Made by a program: the position numbers and the translations under genes. A stretch of DNA of 50,015 nt, counting the filler, from Catajapyx aquilonaris (taxonomy: Eukaryota): the NCBI GenBank assembly GCA_000934665.2. It is 3 parts of 3 records of this genome, joined end to end, with 100 filler letters (N's around TTAATTAATTAA, not from the genome) between each part and the next. Parts side by side here need not be neighbours in the genome. Positions count along the whole stretch, not along the records: positions 1 to 16,608 come from JYFJ02007148.1; 2 more parts are not named here. One strand, given 5' to 3'. The notes under the pieces are model-generated. The model was not told the origin of the DNA, searched no databases, and saw only the letters and a list, made by a program, of their open reading frames with translations. Each line of letters opens with the position of its first letter. Within the stretch, counting starts at the first letter, position 1. This document shows positions 1 to 12,625 of this stretch, piece after piece.

Positions 1-975
1 ACCAACCAGTAATAATAACTCACGACGTCATGTGCTGTGTGCAACTCTCTCTTTCCGCATATACCCCCCCCCATACCCTCAGGAGGAGATAAAATAACTT
101 CCTGAAATCAGTCAACTATTAAAAGTGCAGGAAGCTACCTGTTTACCTTTTCTCACATCCTCGTCATCCTCACCACCTCTCAGCCAAGCGGAAAAGCAAA
201 CAAAATTGTCATCATTCGCTTTCACATCCAGTCTGAAGCCTCCAAAAATAATACTGAAACCGATGACCCCTAATTGTCGATTGTACAATGTAAGGCGTGG
301 GTAGAAAGCATCGGTGAAATGAGACCTTGTCGTATCAATTGGCGATACCAGATTTGGGTATGTCCATCTTTCGCAATTTTCAGTACAAGGCTATGTTGCG
401 CAAATATATTTATAATATTAAATCCGCAATTTTTCTAATTAATGTAAGATCCCAAAGTGCTTGATTTTACAACAGGACTTAAGGGTCAACCCCAATTTTG
501 TACAGGAAATCCTTGTCTGATCAATTGGCAATACCGATTTGGGCTTGTCCCTCTTTTTTTTTCCTCCTTTTTATTCAGAGTCACCGATTCGTACACGATC
601 TCCTTTTCGCATGTGGGCAACCTTCCTTGAGGCCTCTCCTACTCTTCTTGACGTCACAAAAGAGTGCTCCCTTAGAAGCGCCTGGCGTCAACTTTATTCC
701 AGAGTGGATCTGAACCTCTCAGGGCCAGCAGGACGTGCCTTACGGTCCCCCCTTTTAATTCATATCTTCAACAGCAACAAATTTTGTTGGATATAAAAAA
801 AAACGAAGAAAAGATGTGGTTGCAGACCAATACCACTGGTCTGCGGTTAGAACCGTACGTGTAACACAGTGGAAAGTAGTGGGGCGGGGCCTCTCTTGTT
901 CCTATTTTGTGGGGGGGACCCCTTCCGAAAAATAATATCGGAAGACATAACTCGCGATCAGTTTGGACAGTCAAC

Positions 976-3900
976 ATGTTACAGACCAGATTGCTGATAC
1001 TGATGCTCCTGGTCACCTGTGCCATCTCAGGACACAAGGTCAGTCTCTTAGAAAGTCAAAGGTTCAGGTTGGAGCAGAATTTGTGCCTAATTTTTGTTCC
1101 TTATATTTGTACCTTTTTGCAGTCATGTCGTTCCTAATTATCACTTGGCATGTTGTGCCTCATTATGACTTGTTGTGCTATTTGCTGGCATATTGTGCCT
1201 AATTCGGCCCCAATGTGACAGTTTGTTCATTAGAGTCGTGTCTTTTGCTAACATGTGCTTAATTTTTCCCACATGCGCATAATTGTTTCCTATTGTGCCA
1301 GTTTGTTCCTTAAATTTGTGCCTCTTGCTGGCATATTGTGCGTAATTCGGCCCTGTTGTGCCAGTTTGTTCATTAGAGCCTTTTGCTAACACGCGCCTAA
1401 TTCTTTCCTATTGTGCCGTTTGTTCCTTACATTTGTGCCTTTTGCTGGCATATTGTGTCTGATTCTGCCCACTTGTGCCTAATTTTGCCCAGTTGTGCGT
1501 TAGACTTTCTTGTTGTGCCATTTGCTAGCACGTTGTACCCGGTTGTGCCGGTTTTTTCCTTATATACGTGCCTTTTGCTAGCATATTGTGCCTAATTTGT
1601 CAACTTGTGCCTAATTATCACATATTGCGCCTAATTATCACATATTGTGCCTAATTTGTCAACTTGTGCCTAATTATCACATATTGTGCCTTATTTGCCA
1701 ACTTGTGCCTAATTATCACATATTGTGCCTACTTCTCCCTAATTCCGCTCTGTTGTGTCATTTTGTTCCATACATTTGTGCCTTTTGCAAGCACATTCCT
1801 TCTTCTTCTTCTGCCTTCTCCAACAATGGACATTTAGCACTCTCGCTTCTAAGTGCTGGGTTTTCCTCATTTTTTTCTCCACAACTATTATGGAGACTTT
1901 ATTATCATCATAGTTTTCTTAAAAAGAGGGGCGTTGTGAGCACATCTCTTGCTCGGTGTGCTACGACGGCCATGAGTAGAATCTGCACGGTTCCGGTTCC
2001 AGGACCGAAAATGGGGTTGGTTCCCCATCGTTTCCTTGCCTCTCTTTTGATCGTTAACAAGTGGAATAGAAAGGAGTTGCCTAAGTTTCTTAGCCGGTAC
2101 AAACAACTATTGAATAATAGATAGACACGTGTCTAGCGCAACGTGTGGTCGTTTTACAAGTGGCGTAACCTTGGTTAGAAAAAATTTGTACAAATACCTA
2201 GATGTCATATCATAAGTATGTATGAAAAAAAGATCAAATGTTTGACCTCAGTCATAACTCAACAATTTCATGCATAACACCAAAAAAATGGTTTGAAAAT
2301 TTAGTTGTCAGTTTTAAAATATTGTTGGTGTCATTAATCATTCATTTTTAAAGTTTGACCAGGCTATTCGTGACGAATTGTTGCAACGTGCAACAGTTTT
2401 ACTGCCCATGATCTAGTATTTGTTGCATTGACCTCCCCCACCAATTTGTACTTTCAAACCCATCATACCATTTCCGTGCTTTCGACCTTTAAAACAGGTG
2501 GAAATTACTTGAACGATAATTAGCAGCAATTGCACCTTTTTTTGTGTGTACAAAGCTCATCACATGTCTGACACGGTTTATTGGTTTTAGCAAATATATT
2601 TATCTGACAGTTCACGGTTCAGGAAATGCCATCAGGTGACCTTCATCCTCGTTTTTTTTTTCTTTCTAAAGATCCGTCGACGACCTTCGACATACAGGAT
2701 AGGAAAAAAAAATATCATATTGGGCATCCTTTCACTCCGCTCGTTAGGGCCTGAATTTTTGCACAATTTTTCCATTGACGTATACAATTTTTTTTTCAAA
2801 CTATTTCGCACATAAAACTCGTTCTAAAAATTGCTGTTTTTGGGGTTTATGACATGGTCACGAATGGCCCGAAAATTTTTCCATATACAGGTAAAGTAAC
2901 ACGTCCTTGCGAGGACATCGTGGGTGTCGACCAATAACAACGTCGTGAACAATTTTTTTGGGGGACATACCAGTTTATTCCAAGTATATTATTGAAATTT
3001 TTTTTAATGTCCTGTTTTCGCTAATTATGCGATTCATTTTTGATGGACAAAACGAATCGAAATATTTGCATTTTTTGGTAAGATCCTTGACCAACTTATC
3101 ACTCCATTCATATCTATTTACAGTAGAAGTTGCTCGGAATTTTAGAAAGGCAACTTGGGGCATCTCCCTCTGGTTTAGTTGTTCATTGCCTCGGATTCTT
3201 CGCATCCGCTTTTGTAAGGCGTCACAAAAGCCTATTGTTTTTGTTGCTGGATGGCACCCTAGACCTGGCACCCTTGAAAATATCACTGAACTTGGAACAG
3301 ACCGAGGGCAAAAAAAAAAAATGAATGCATAAAATATTATTTATTTTCTTATTGTTACATGAAGAGCTTAAACACACATGTGTGCAATCGTACTCGTGAA
3401 TTTAATCAATCGTAAAATAATCTCCGCAGCAGGTGGGGGTAGAGTAATGAGCAATTAATAACTCTTCCAGCAATGAGACAAGTGAGGCTGAGCGTGTATA
3501 AATCTTTTTTTCTCTCTCTCCATGTCCTGATGATGCCACTTACCGCCCTAAGGAATGCAGCCTTCAGGATGTGTCGTATTGATGACAATACTTTTTTACA
3601 CTGGCGACCTTCACCTTATATACCCATCGACCATTGTTGCACTTCCACGTTCCCCCGCCTATATCATTAACACTTGACAGTGAGAGGGACGCATGCTGCT
3701 AGGGACATGTCACTTACTTTTGTGTTTTAATGCGCCCTTAAATCATTTCCCTTTTTAATGCATGAGGACAGAGAGTGGCAACTATTTATTTACTTATTTA
3801 TTTATTTATTTATTTATTTGTTTGTTTGTTTGTTTCTTTATTAAAGTAGTATTCCCGTTCTTCGCGGGGGAATTGAAGAATCCCGTTGCTATGGCAACAC

Positions 3901-6900
3901 TGTTGCTATGGACATCCCATTGCTATGGCAACCGCATTGCCATGGACCCCATTGCTGTATGACAGAGTAGGGTGGCAGAGGGGCGGGGGTGGGAGAGGGG
4001 AAGAAGGTAAATGGGACGTACCGACAACCTCTGTATTTTATATATGTAAGACTAGAGAATTATTTTCCGTATAATCTTGGATATAGGATTTCAAACCCGT
4101 TTAACGGGCAGTTAGGAGTTAACTGGAGTTTAATTACCAGCTTCTCTGGTGTTGAAAGGGGGGAGTTAAGAGTTAACTGATGTTTAATTTCCTGCTTTTC
4201 AATGGGAAGTTAACTGCAATTTAATTCGTATTACTTCAACCTTTTTAACGGGGAGTTAAAAGATAATTGCAGTTTAATTACCAGTTTCTCCTGTTCTTAA
4301 ATGGTTCTTTAACCCCTGTTTAATTTTCTGCTTTCCATCCGTTTAACTGGGAGTTAACTGCAGTTTAATTAATATTTATCAACCTTTTAAACGGGGGAGT
4401 TAAAAGCTAACTGAAGATTAATGCTCGATTTATCCAACTTTTTAACCGACTGTTAAGAACAAACTGAAGTTTACGATAGTTGAACTACCGTTAGATCTTA
4501 ATAAGGGTAAATTAAAAAGTTAAATGAAAAGAGTGAATGTCGCTTAATGCAACCAGGCTGATTTGTCCAACTTAACTGGCGGTTAAGAGTTAACGGCAGA
4601 TTAACGTTAGTTCTCAGCAGATAGTTAAATGCCGATCTATGAGATTTATTCATTGCTCATTAATTTTTTAGAACACTTTCTTCCACTGAGGCTAATTGTG
4701 ACCTTCAAACCTTGCACTAACAAGACATTTATACTAAGTTAAAAGGACGACTTTCTTCGCTCTTTCAAAGTGACACATTGTATTGCACTGCAGGTGCATA
4801 CAGTGTCTGGAACCCAATTCAAAGCTGGTGCATGCAGTACACGAGCTGCTTGTCCTTATTTTGAGCCAGGGATAGAAGTAGAAAAAACCTGAACGTAAAA
4901 CCGCAGCGGTGAGAATTGAGTTGAAAAAAGTGAAACTATTCCGTTCACGTTCGCTCACAAAATAATGTAAAGACGTCAAGTATATATGGCAACAAACGGA
5001 AATAGCTACACGACCTACCTTTTATTATTTTCTCATGTTGTCCAGGAGGAAGTGGGGTGGGCGTTGGAAGGTTGTGGTTTATTTTTTTAAAAAAACGAAA
5101 ACTATCCCACTATTCTATTGTTGTGGAACGATATACCACGAGGAAACAGACGGTTGTAACGGTCACGTAATTGGATTATTACATATTTGGAGGTGTTGAA
5201 AAAAAAACTAGTCATCTAATTGCCAATTTACGTCCAGATTCTGAAAAGTTTACGTGGTGTTGAGTTACATCTCTGTTACGCTAGATCTGACCAGAGTTGC
5301 TCGTGCGTGAATACTTTTCTGTATCCATCGCTTCCAATTATTACGGATGGAAAGATATTTTGTCGTATGAGATGACTACATTCCATGGCCGGAGTCAGCA
5401 AAAAAAAAAAACGTGATAGAAATATGGATTACATTTGATTAGAAAGGGAATGTTTTGTTAAGGCACGTATACATCTAATAGCTAATTTAAAAATTCCTTT
5501 GCATATTTTCTCGTAGTTAGAGCTTAATATTATTCGTTCCAGGAGGCCGTTAGAAGGACGAATAAATTTCCTCCACATCCCAACAATATTAATTTCGATA
5601 AACTTAAACAGCAAATACACATAATTTTAGGTAAAAGCATTAAAACATGAAAAAAATACGTAAATACTGTAAATAAAACAAAAAAGTACTGAAAGCGGCA
5701 CAACAGATGGCGTTTACGCAGCGAGCGCATTTTTTTCATCGCCCGCGAAGTTTGAACATGAAGCAATTGGGATTTCGAAGTTAGAGTCGTTCGAAGTACA
5801 CTGTATTTGACAGATGGACCAGAATTCTGTGAATGGAAGTATTCATTTGAAATAATTCTTATCTTCAATGAAATTTCAGCACAAGAGGCAGATATACAGG
5901 GAACAGCTAAGTCCACGTTTGGGTGGTAAGATACCTGATGCAGCATTCAGTCTGGACCGACTTCATTTCAACCGATTCGATGCTCAGGGTCTCAGCGTAC
6001 CAGACGGTCTTCTAATACAGGTCAGAACATTTTAGACTGGACCAGAACCGGTTCAGACCCCAGTGTGAACCATTCCGATCATCACAGGCTCGTCCCAACA
6101 ACATCGTCCCGGTTGAGGAAGACCCTGAGGACCTCCAGTCCATCCTGAAGCTTCCTCGACCTGACGATGGTCGTTTCGTAGCACCATCCGGACAAGGGAC
6201 ATTGGACGGAGACAAAGTGGACTCGACGTACCTGATCCGTCCTCATGTGGAACCTCCTTTTGCCAACATCCGTTTGGTGCCCATCTTCGACCCTCTTCAA
6301 GGGTCAAGGTTCAGAGGACGGTTCCCTGGCAGCGGTATTTCTCCTGATGTTATTTATAATAGGCACGGAAGAAACGAGGATCTGAGCCTGTCCGAATCGG
6401 CTGGCAGATTCGGAAAAAAAGGTGCCAAAGGTTTGATGCAATCTATTTCAACCAACTATGAAGCACATTGTTGTCACTGGCTGTTGGAGAAATTTCATAT
6501 GTAGCCTACAATAGGGCCTACTAGTAAAATTTGGGAAATTGCCCGCCGATTTACCACTTTGTACTCTTCGTCACGGATAGATGGCGCACCATGTCCACAC
6601 ACTCCTGCCACCTTCAGGTCAATAGCGATACTATCAGGTCGTACAAACTGATTTCAACCAATTCCTGACAATTTTTTTTTTCTTTTCCAAACAGATCTTC
6701 ACATGGGTCTATTTCGATTTTACCATCGACCTTTCTCTGCGTAGCGGTAGCCTTCGTTAAAAAAGGATCCACCCTTCACGAACTCATTAAGCAGTTGCAG
6801 ACCCAAATTATACGACCACGATGACAATCCGCAATATTGTGGGTCACACTTCATGTTCCTCACGAAAAATCATGAGAATCCTTAATCCTTAAAAATAACC

Positions 6901-7773
6901 CGGATGCTTAAAAAAAAGAAATAAAAATATGTTAGGTACTGCCCCATTGTAACTTGTGAGTGCCCATGACCCAAAATGCTTGACGCGTGATCCGAATGAA
7001 GAAGGTGTGACAGATTGTTGGGCAAAAGAAGGAAGGAATCGCATGCATATCGAAGACACACAGCAGGTCATGTTCTAGTTGTTTTCATCAACATTGTATA
7101 CTGGAGAGTACACTCTTAACCATTTACCCTCTCTAGAGAAGGTAAATGGTTAAGAGTGTAGGTAAATTAGCTGTGGGAATAGATCGGGTCTGATCTTATA
7201 GATAAAAGTTTACAATGTCATGAGAACTAGCGGACCTGTCCTCAATTACCATGACCACCTTGATTACTTTGAAAGCCAGTGACATTTAGCAAAAAAAAAA
7301 GCACCTAGATTGTGCCAAATGGCGCCACTATTTTGCATGATTTTTTGGGGGACTTATTGTTTTATCATTTTTGGTGTAGTAATGAGTGTATTTGCAGGGA
7401 GGCGTCAGAGAGGAGGTCGAATCCGATTGTTGGACCCTGCATTACCTTCAAACCCACATAACATACAGGCTGGAGTACAAGTGTCAGGTACGCCAGGAAA
7501 GGACTACCCGATACATTCGGACGTACCGCAGACAAACTTTGATTGCGACAATGTTCCGTACAAACCCAAGATGTACCCGGACAAGGAAGTCGGCTGCCAG
7601 GTATTACACAAAAATGTAACGAATTTAATCAAATTTATATTAAATTTTTTTTAAAGGTTTTCCATTATTGCCAAGAAGATGGACGGCAAGACTCATTCTT
7701 ATGTCCAGCAGGGACACTTTTCGACCAGAACACGGACATATGCGATTGGTGGCAAAATGTTTCATGCACGTAA
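976..7773 (+). CDS. Secreted chitin-binding type-2 (CBM14/peritrophin-A) domain protein, CPAP1-like; 5 coding exons, about 256 aa
   Basis: Exons 976-1038 (signal peptide MLQTRLLILMLLVTCAISGHK, gtcagt donor), 5880-6020 (HKRQIYREQLSPRL...), 6088-6334, 7398-7600 (...SGTPGKDYPIHSDVPQTNFDCDNVPYKPKMYPDKEVGCQ) and 7657-7773 (VFHYCQEDGRQDSFLCPAGTLFDQNTDICDWWQNVSCT*). All introns are GT-AG with compatible phases (0,0,1,0), and the six-Cys CBM14 pattern is present. The last two exons are secure; linkage of exons 1-3 is inferred from phase and from parallels with the downstream paralog. Confidence 0.75.
1071..1800. repeat. Degenerate minisatellite built on TTGTGCC(TAAT)
   Basis: Many TTGTGCC/ATATTGTGCCTAATT/TTTGTTCC units. 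Near-perfect about 39-bp units (ATATTGTGCCTAATTTGTCAACTTGTGCCTAATTATCAC) at about 1583-1730. Confidence 0.85.
3783..3833. repeat. (TTTA)n/(TTTG)n microsatellite
   Basis: Directly visible. Confidence 0.9.
3846..4056 (-). mobile_element. Small non-autonomous Helitron-like element carrying GTTGCTATGGCAAC repeats
   Basis: The minus strand begins TCTAGTCTTACATATATAAAA and ends with hairpin CCCG-cgaagaa-CGGG, AATA, CTAC|T (degenerate CTAG|T). Confidence 0.5.
4090..4630. repeat. Degenerate GTTAAC/TTTAAC-rich satellite-like array
   Basis: Recurrent units such as TTTAACGGGG(G)AGTTAAAAG and GAGTTAACTGCAGTTTAATT. Confidence 0.75.
5505..5803. mobile_element. Decayed copy of the Tigger/pogo-like MITE family at 26344-27010
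   Basis: Shares ATTCGTTCCAG, ATGGCG(T/C)TTACGCAGCGAG and GTTCGAAGTA...CACTG-TA with 26344-27010. Confidence 0.55.
7109..7160. repeat. 52-bp near-perfect palindrome (collapsed TIR element or hairpin)
   Basis: TACACTCTTAACCATTTACC-C-TCTCTAGAGA-A-GGTAAATGGTTAAGAGTGTA, with one mismatch. Confidence 0.9.
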
Positions 7774-9760
7774 CGTATTACATCCAGACACATTAGAGAG
7801 CCTCAATTTATATACAGACCCGAAGAAGCCATAATTTGTGCACAAAAATCTAGTCGGTGGCTTATTTTACAGCAATGTTATTTTTTTGCGCAAAACTTTG
7901 CACTTATTTATTCAGAGCAAGACCTTTTTTTTTGTACTTGTAAGATTTGAGTTTTAAAAAAATAATAATTTCATGAGTGATGTTAACTTTCACCGTCTGA
8001 GGGCATTGAATGCCTGTGTCTTAAGGAGTCGTTGCTGCTGATTGTGCCACCTGGAGGAACACTGGTGGACTTACCGGGGTTTGAACTTATCACTTAACAT
8101 TCGTTTCAATTATGATAATGTTCACATTAGACGTTTGTTCTTCAGGTACGAACTTTCTCAAGTTTTCGTGTGAAAAACGTGACTGTGTGAACAATACGAT
8201 CAGGCCAAGTAATAATCACAATAAAATAATGCATTTTATTGGGATGTGTGATATTACTTTATATGGACATACGTGGGTCCTGATGTCACAAAACGGAAAA
8301 AAATCGCGACGGATTCAATATTAAGCAAAGTTTCAAAATGACCCTACTGTACACAATGACTGATGTATAATTAAATTAAAATGCAATAATTAATAAACAA
8401 TTGGTTAACTATAAATGAAATTTATACAGTAAGTAAATTAGCACAAGCCCCAGCACCCCATTTGTTAATCGTGCACATGATCACATAGTTTTTGGGGTCG
8501 GTATATGCTACTTATTGACCTTTCCGTCCTTTTTGTGACATCAATACAGGAAGAACATGTAGCCTCACAAAAGTGTTTAATCAGATAAAATATGTGAGAA
8601 TATAAATTATGTTGCCCTAGACATAACGAGTGCAAAAGTGTATCAGTCAGCTTACCTCATTGTTAAAAAAAAATAAATTGTTCCAAACCCCCCTGGTATG
8701 TCACGATCACAATCAATTGTCCAGTCGTGATCTGGTCCAAATAAAAGAAGCAGACGTCGACAAAAGCGGGTTGACAAATGCGCAAATAATTACCATAATA
8801 AAAGAAAGTATGCTGCATATACATCCTTGGTTATGACTTATGCTTTTATGAACAAATCCGGTACGAGTAAACAGAACGCGGATACATCAAAAATCGTACC
8901 GACAAGGACAATCGTGACAAGGTGGAGCCATCAGAATCGAATTAGGACCCTTTGACTAATTTATTTTAAATCCCCCCTCCCATTCGTGACATCTCAGCAA
9001 AACACACCAAGTCCACACAAAAAAAGAGTTACAGAATTATTACAACAATAATTTTTGCTTCGTAAGTGTGAATTTGATGCGACAGGTTGCGACTAATTAT
9101 GTTTCACAAGTAACCAGTGGCCTTTCTCTCATGTCCACTGCTGGCTGCCCAATGCCATAACACGTTTGGGGTAAGTGGGCCATATGAGAGGGGGGAAGGA
9201 AAAGGGTGGGTAATAGAGAGCCAGAGGACACTGCTCCATCTGTTCAGCCTTGCTCTCCTATATGTTCATGTGTGGGTTTGATCGCATTCTATAACGTGTT
9301 GGATTGCACGATTTTAGCCAAACGGATGCGGGGGAATGAATGTGATATTTCCTCCACAGAATGAAACCTTCACCTATTAAAATGAAGCTTTTTTTTGTCC
9401 AGCTTCCTGCAATAATTCATTTCATTTCCAGATTTTTAACCAAAAAAAAAGTGTCGGTTGAAATTTTTTGATAAAAATTGAATTTAGACGTTCATTCGTG
9501 CACATACAAAAATATTTCAGTGCCAAACACATTATCTGATTATGTTTTATCCATGTATAGTGAGCATGTGGTTAAATGTATTGCAACAACACGATCAGAT
9601 CACGAAACGGTCAGTGCCGTGTGATTGTGAATGACCCTATTTTTTTAAAAGAGAGTTCTCAAGGCATGCTTTCTGATGGTCGCATGAATATTTTCTGATA
9701 AATTCATGACCCCTAAATAATTTGCTGAAAAACAGTGCAGCATTCGAAATAATTATTACA

Positions 9761-9865
9761 CAGGGTGACTCTAAAGTCTGGACATATTGTTGGTTGCCAG
9801 GATACCAATTGTCAACCTACAATAAAATATTATTACCTACGTGTCCAGACTTTAGAGTCACCCTG
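9761..9865. mobile_element. Tc1/mariner-type MITE
   Basis: 24-bp perfect TIR CAGGGTGACTCTAAAGTCTGGACA / TGTCCAGACTTTAGAGTCACCCTG. Right flank TA, left flank CA. Confidence 0.8.
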
Positions 9866-12625
9866 TATCACTGATCTGATCAAGTCTTGTAATGTGTCAC
9901 AGCACACTAGAAATTTGCATATGATTAAGTGTTAAGTAAAGTAATTTTTCCGATTATTGGTAAAATACAGTGTGGTGACTATAGTTCTTAACAGTTAACC
10001 TACCAACCAGTTTTCAAAAAGAAACAACACGTTACACATCCTGATCAATTGCTGCTGCTCTTCTAGGTGGTTTTCTAGAGTGAACAATCCATTAATTCAC
10101 GCCACGATTTTATGTGCATCAGGTTTCCACACACAAACTGCAAGTTTCGTTTTGACAGGTTCATCCTCTTTGGTATTGAACTGGTTTTTGTGATACTCCC
10201 GGATGCTAGTTGTTGTCATGTCCAGACAAGTATTGTATTGAACTTCAACCCCCCCTCAAGTGATGCTGCCATGTGCATCCTACTGGTAGCTTGCAACAAG
10301 TGCAATTGCTGATGACAGGAGGCTTTCTAACACCTACTTCCATGCAATTGTAATCATGCTGCCCAAATATGCAAACTGAATTCAAAATTTATGATATTGT
10401 ATTTTAATTACTTTGTTGACTAGAAATAATTGATGAAGGAATGAGTGATGTAGAGTATGTTACACGCATGGGAGGTCAATGCAGACTTATTTTGCCCTCA
10501 GGTCAGTTGCTCTTCAAAGTGTTTCAACTGCATGCAATTATTACTTCACACGCTGTCAGTTTCACCGCACGATATGCTGCTATCACTTTTCGAATTTAGT
10601 GTGTTGCTCTGAAACGAAATCTGAAGATCCAACCTGTGCGGTGTCCTACACTCAAGCCTGTCATAAAATACCAACAATGGCCATAAAAATGGGACCCAAC
10701 TTCCTACTTTCCTGACCAACAATTTTTTTTTGTGTATAGCTATCCGGACCCATTCCTTCTTAGGCAGCCGTATGTGTGTCTCTGCCTTAATTACTGTGTT
10801 CTGAGGCATGGCATGTCATGGGTGCCATCAGTGAAAAGTCATTACACGACACCACCCTGCTTGAACTACATTATAATGTGTATACATCTGCTTGAAACTA
10901 TCCGCTCAGATGCTAATGAACATATGTTTCTAAGGGTGTAGCAAGTAGCAGTGTACACCAATAATGTACAATTTCACATTAGGGAACAATTTGTGGCCCA
11001 TGTACTGATCGGAAAGATTATAAAATATTATGAACAAACTGGGTGAAATTTTCAACAGGAAACGACGTCTAAATGCCTCCTTAACGCCATTTTATGCATT
11101 GCTAATTGGTCTATAACTCGGGGTGTTCGTCACAGAGACTGACGTTTTAACTAGAGCTGGCGGAACAGCCTGCATAAATCTACCACTAAAAGGAAAACTA
11201 TATAGTTACGACCTTGCAGGGATGGCACAACTTAAGAAAGTTTGGTCCCATCCTTCTGATTTACCGAAATTTAAACACCAGCTCTACGTGTGGCATGTCC
11301 CATTGTCGACACACCCTCGTACAATAATTAGAAAGAATCATCCTATTTTCCACGAAGTATATTCCAGCTTTCCAATCTCCGTTAGTTTAATCTGCGCGCA
11401 CACACACACACAAATTTCTTCCGTTTGAGCCTTATGTGTACCAAACTTTCCATGGGTAAATACCACACAGTAAAAGTGACTTCCTTACTTGCCCCAGTAT
11501 AAACCTAATAGCTTTTGGCTTCCCACGCATATACTGTACAGGGGGTTCCATTAAGAAATGGAATAGTCTGGCCACAAAATATGTTCCAGAAAATATCAGA
11601 GATATTAATATAAACTAATAAGTTATGATATCGGATCAATCAAAAAATACTAAAGCAGCTTGGACACTATTAATAGGTCTATAGAAATTAATATTATCAA
11701 GAATAAATAATAATATAATGAACAGCAATTAATGATAATAATCACAATAGATGTACTCATTCTTTTCAATAATTCGTAATAAAGGTAATTCATGGGATTA
11801 TCGTTTGCTGATTGCCATTTAATTTTTGGATTATTTTGTTGACTGTATTTAGACTTCATGTAACATCACAATTATTACCCAAATTTACGTAAATTATAGA
11901 CTGCATTACATGCCATTTTTTACATTTTTACATGTTTTTTTCTTCATTTCTGACCTGCAGCTCAGATGATCCAATTATTTTCTCACTGGCAATCAACTGA
12001 GCAGAATTTATGCATATTTTTTCTCCGGATCACCCTGTAGGCTACTGTGGGAATAAGACCACGTTTCCTTATAATTTTCCAATCCTAAACATTACCCCCG
12101 TTCCAATTATTACGAACCATAACCATATCCAGCAAAATTACAGTTATGCAACTCATATCAGTATATCAAAAAGCAGTTTTCTCCCATATCATTCAACCAC
12201 TAAAATGTTTCGCACAGTAATAAAATTCTGGTTAAAAAAACAAATCCACCCCCCCCTATAATGATAAATATCTACACCCCCCCTCCCCCACCTTCCACCC
12301 CATGGCCCACACTCTCTCTCAACTAGGTCGTAATACACCCCCAACAGGAATAGACCATTTAGCTTCAAGCAGGTGAAAGTGTAAGTCTGCCTTTCAATAT
12401 CTCTCCCTGGAGTCCAACTGACCACACTCAGGTCACCACACTTCTTCAGCATCCTGTTGACGTCAAAAAAAAATCAAGTAAGAGTGTTTTTGCCTGTTGG
12501 ACACACACAAAAAAAATTACAGTGAAATTTTTGCCTGTAAATTGGTAAAAGTAGGTTGGGTTTGGTTGATTTTTTTATCGTGTTTTGAACAGGTTGTTCC
12601 GGACTTCGTTTGTTGAAAAGAAAAA

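Noticed and set aside
1583..1730. CRISPR-like array
   Set aside because: Tandem units without unique spacers, in eukaryotic DNA.
1141..2124. ORFs with repeated peptides (CLICQLVPNYHIL; EQTGT)
   Set aside because: Products of the minisatellite, with no domain signature.
2975..3286. 103-aa minus ORF as a transposase fragment
   Set aside because: No recognisable motif or TIR pair; needs BLASTX.
6695..6744. Alternative terminal exon of gene 1 (DLHMGLFRFYHRPFSA*) after a strong acceptor
   Set aside because: Phase-compatible, but it would delete the CBM14 and has no other support.
10135..10810. Frameshifted Cys-containing minus-strand ORFs as BED/THAP transposase relics
   Set aside because: The motifs are too degenerate to call.
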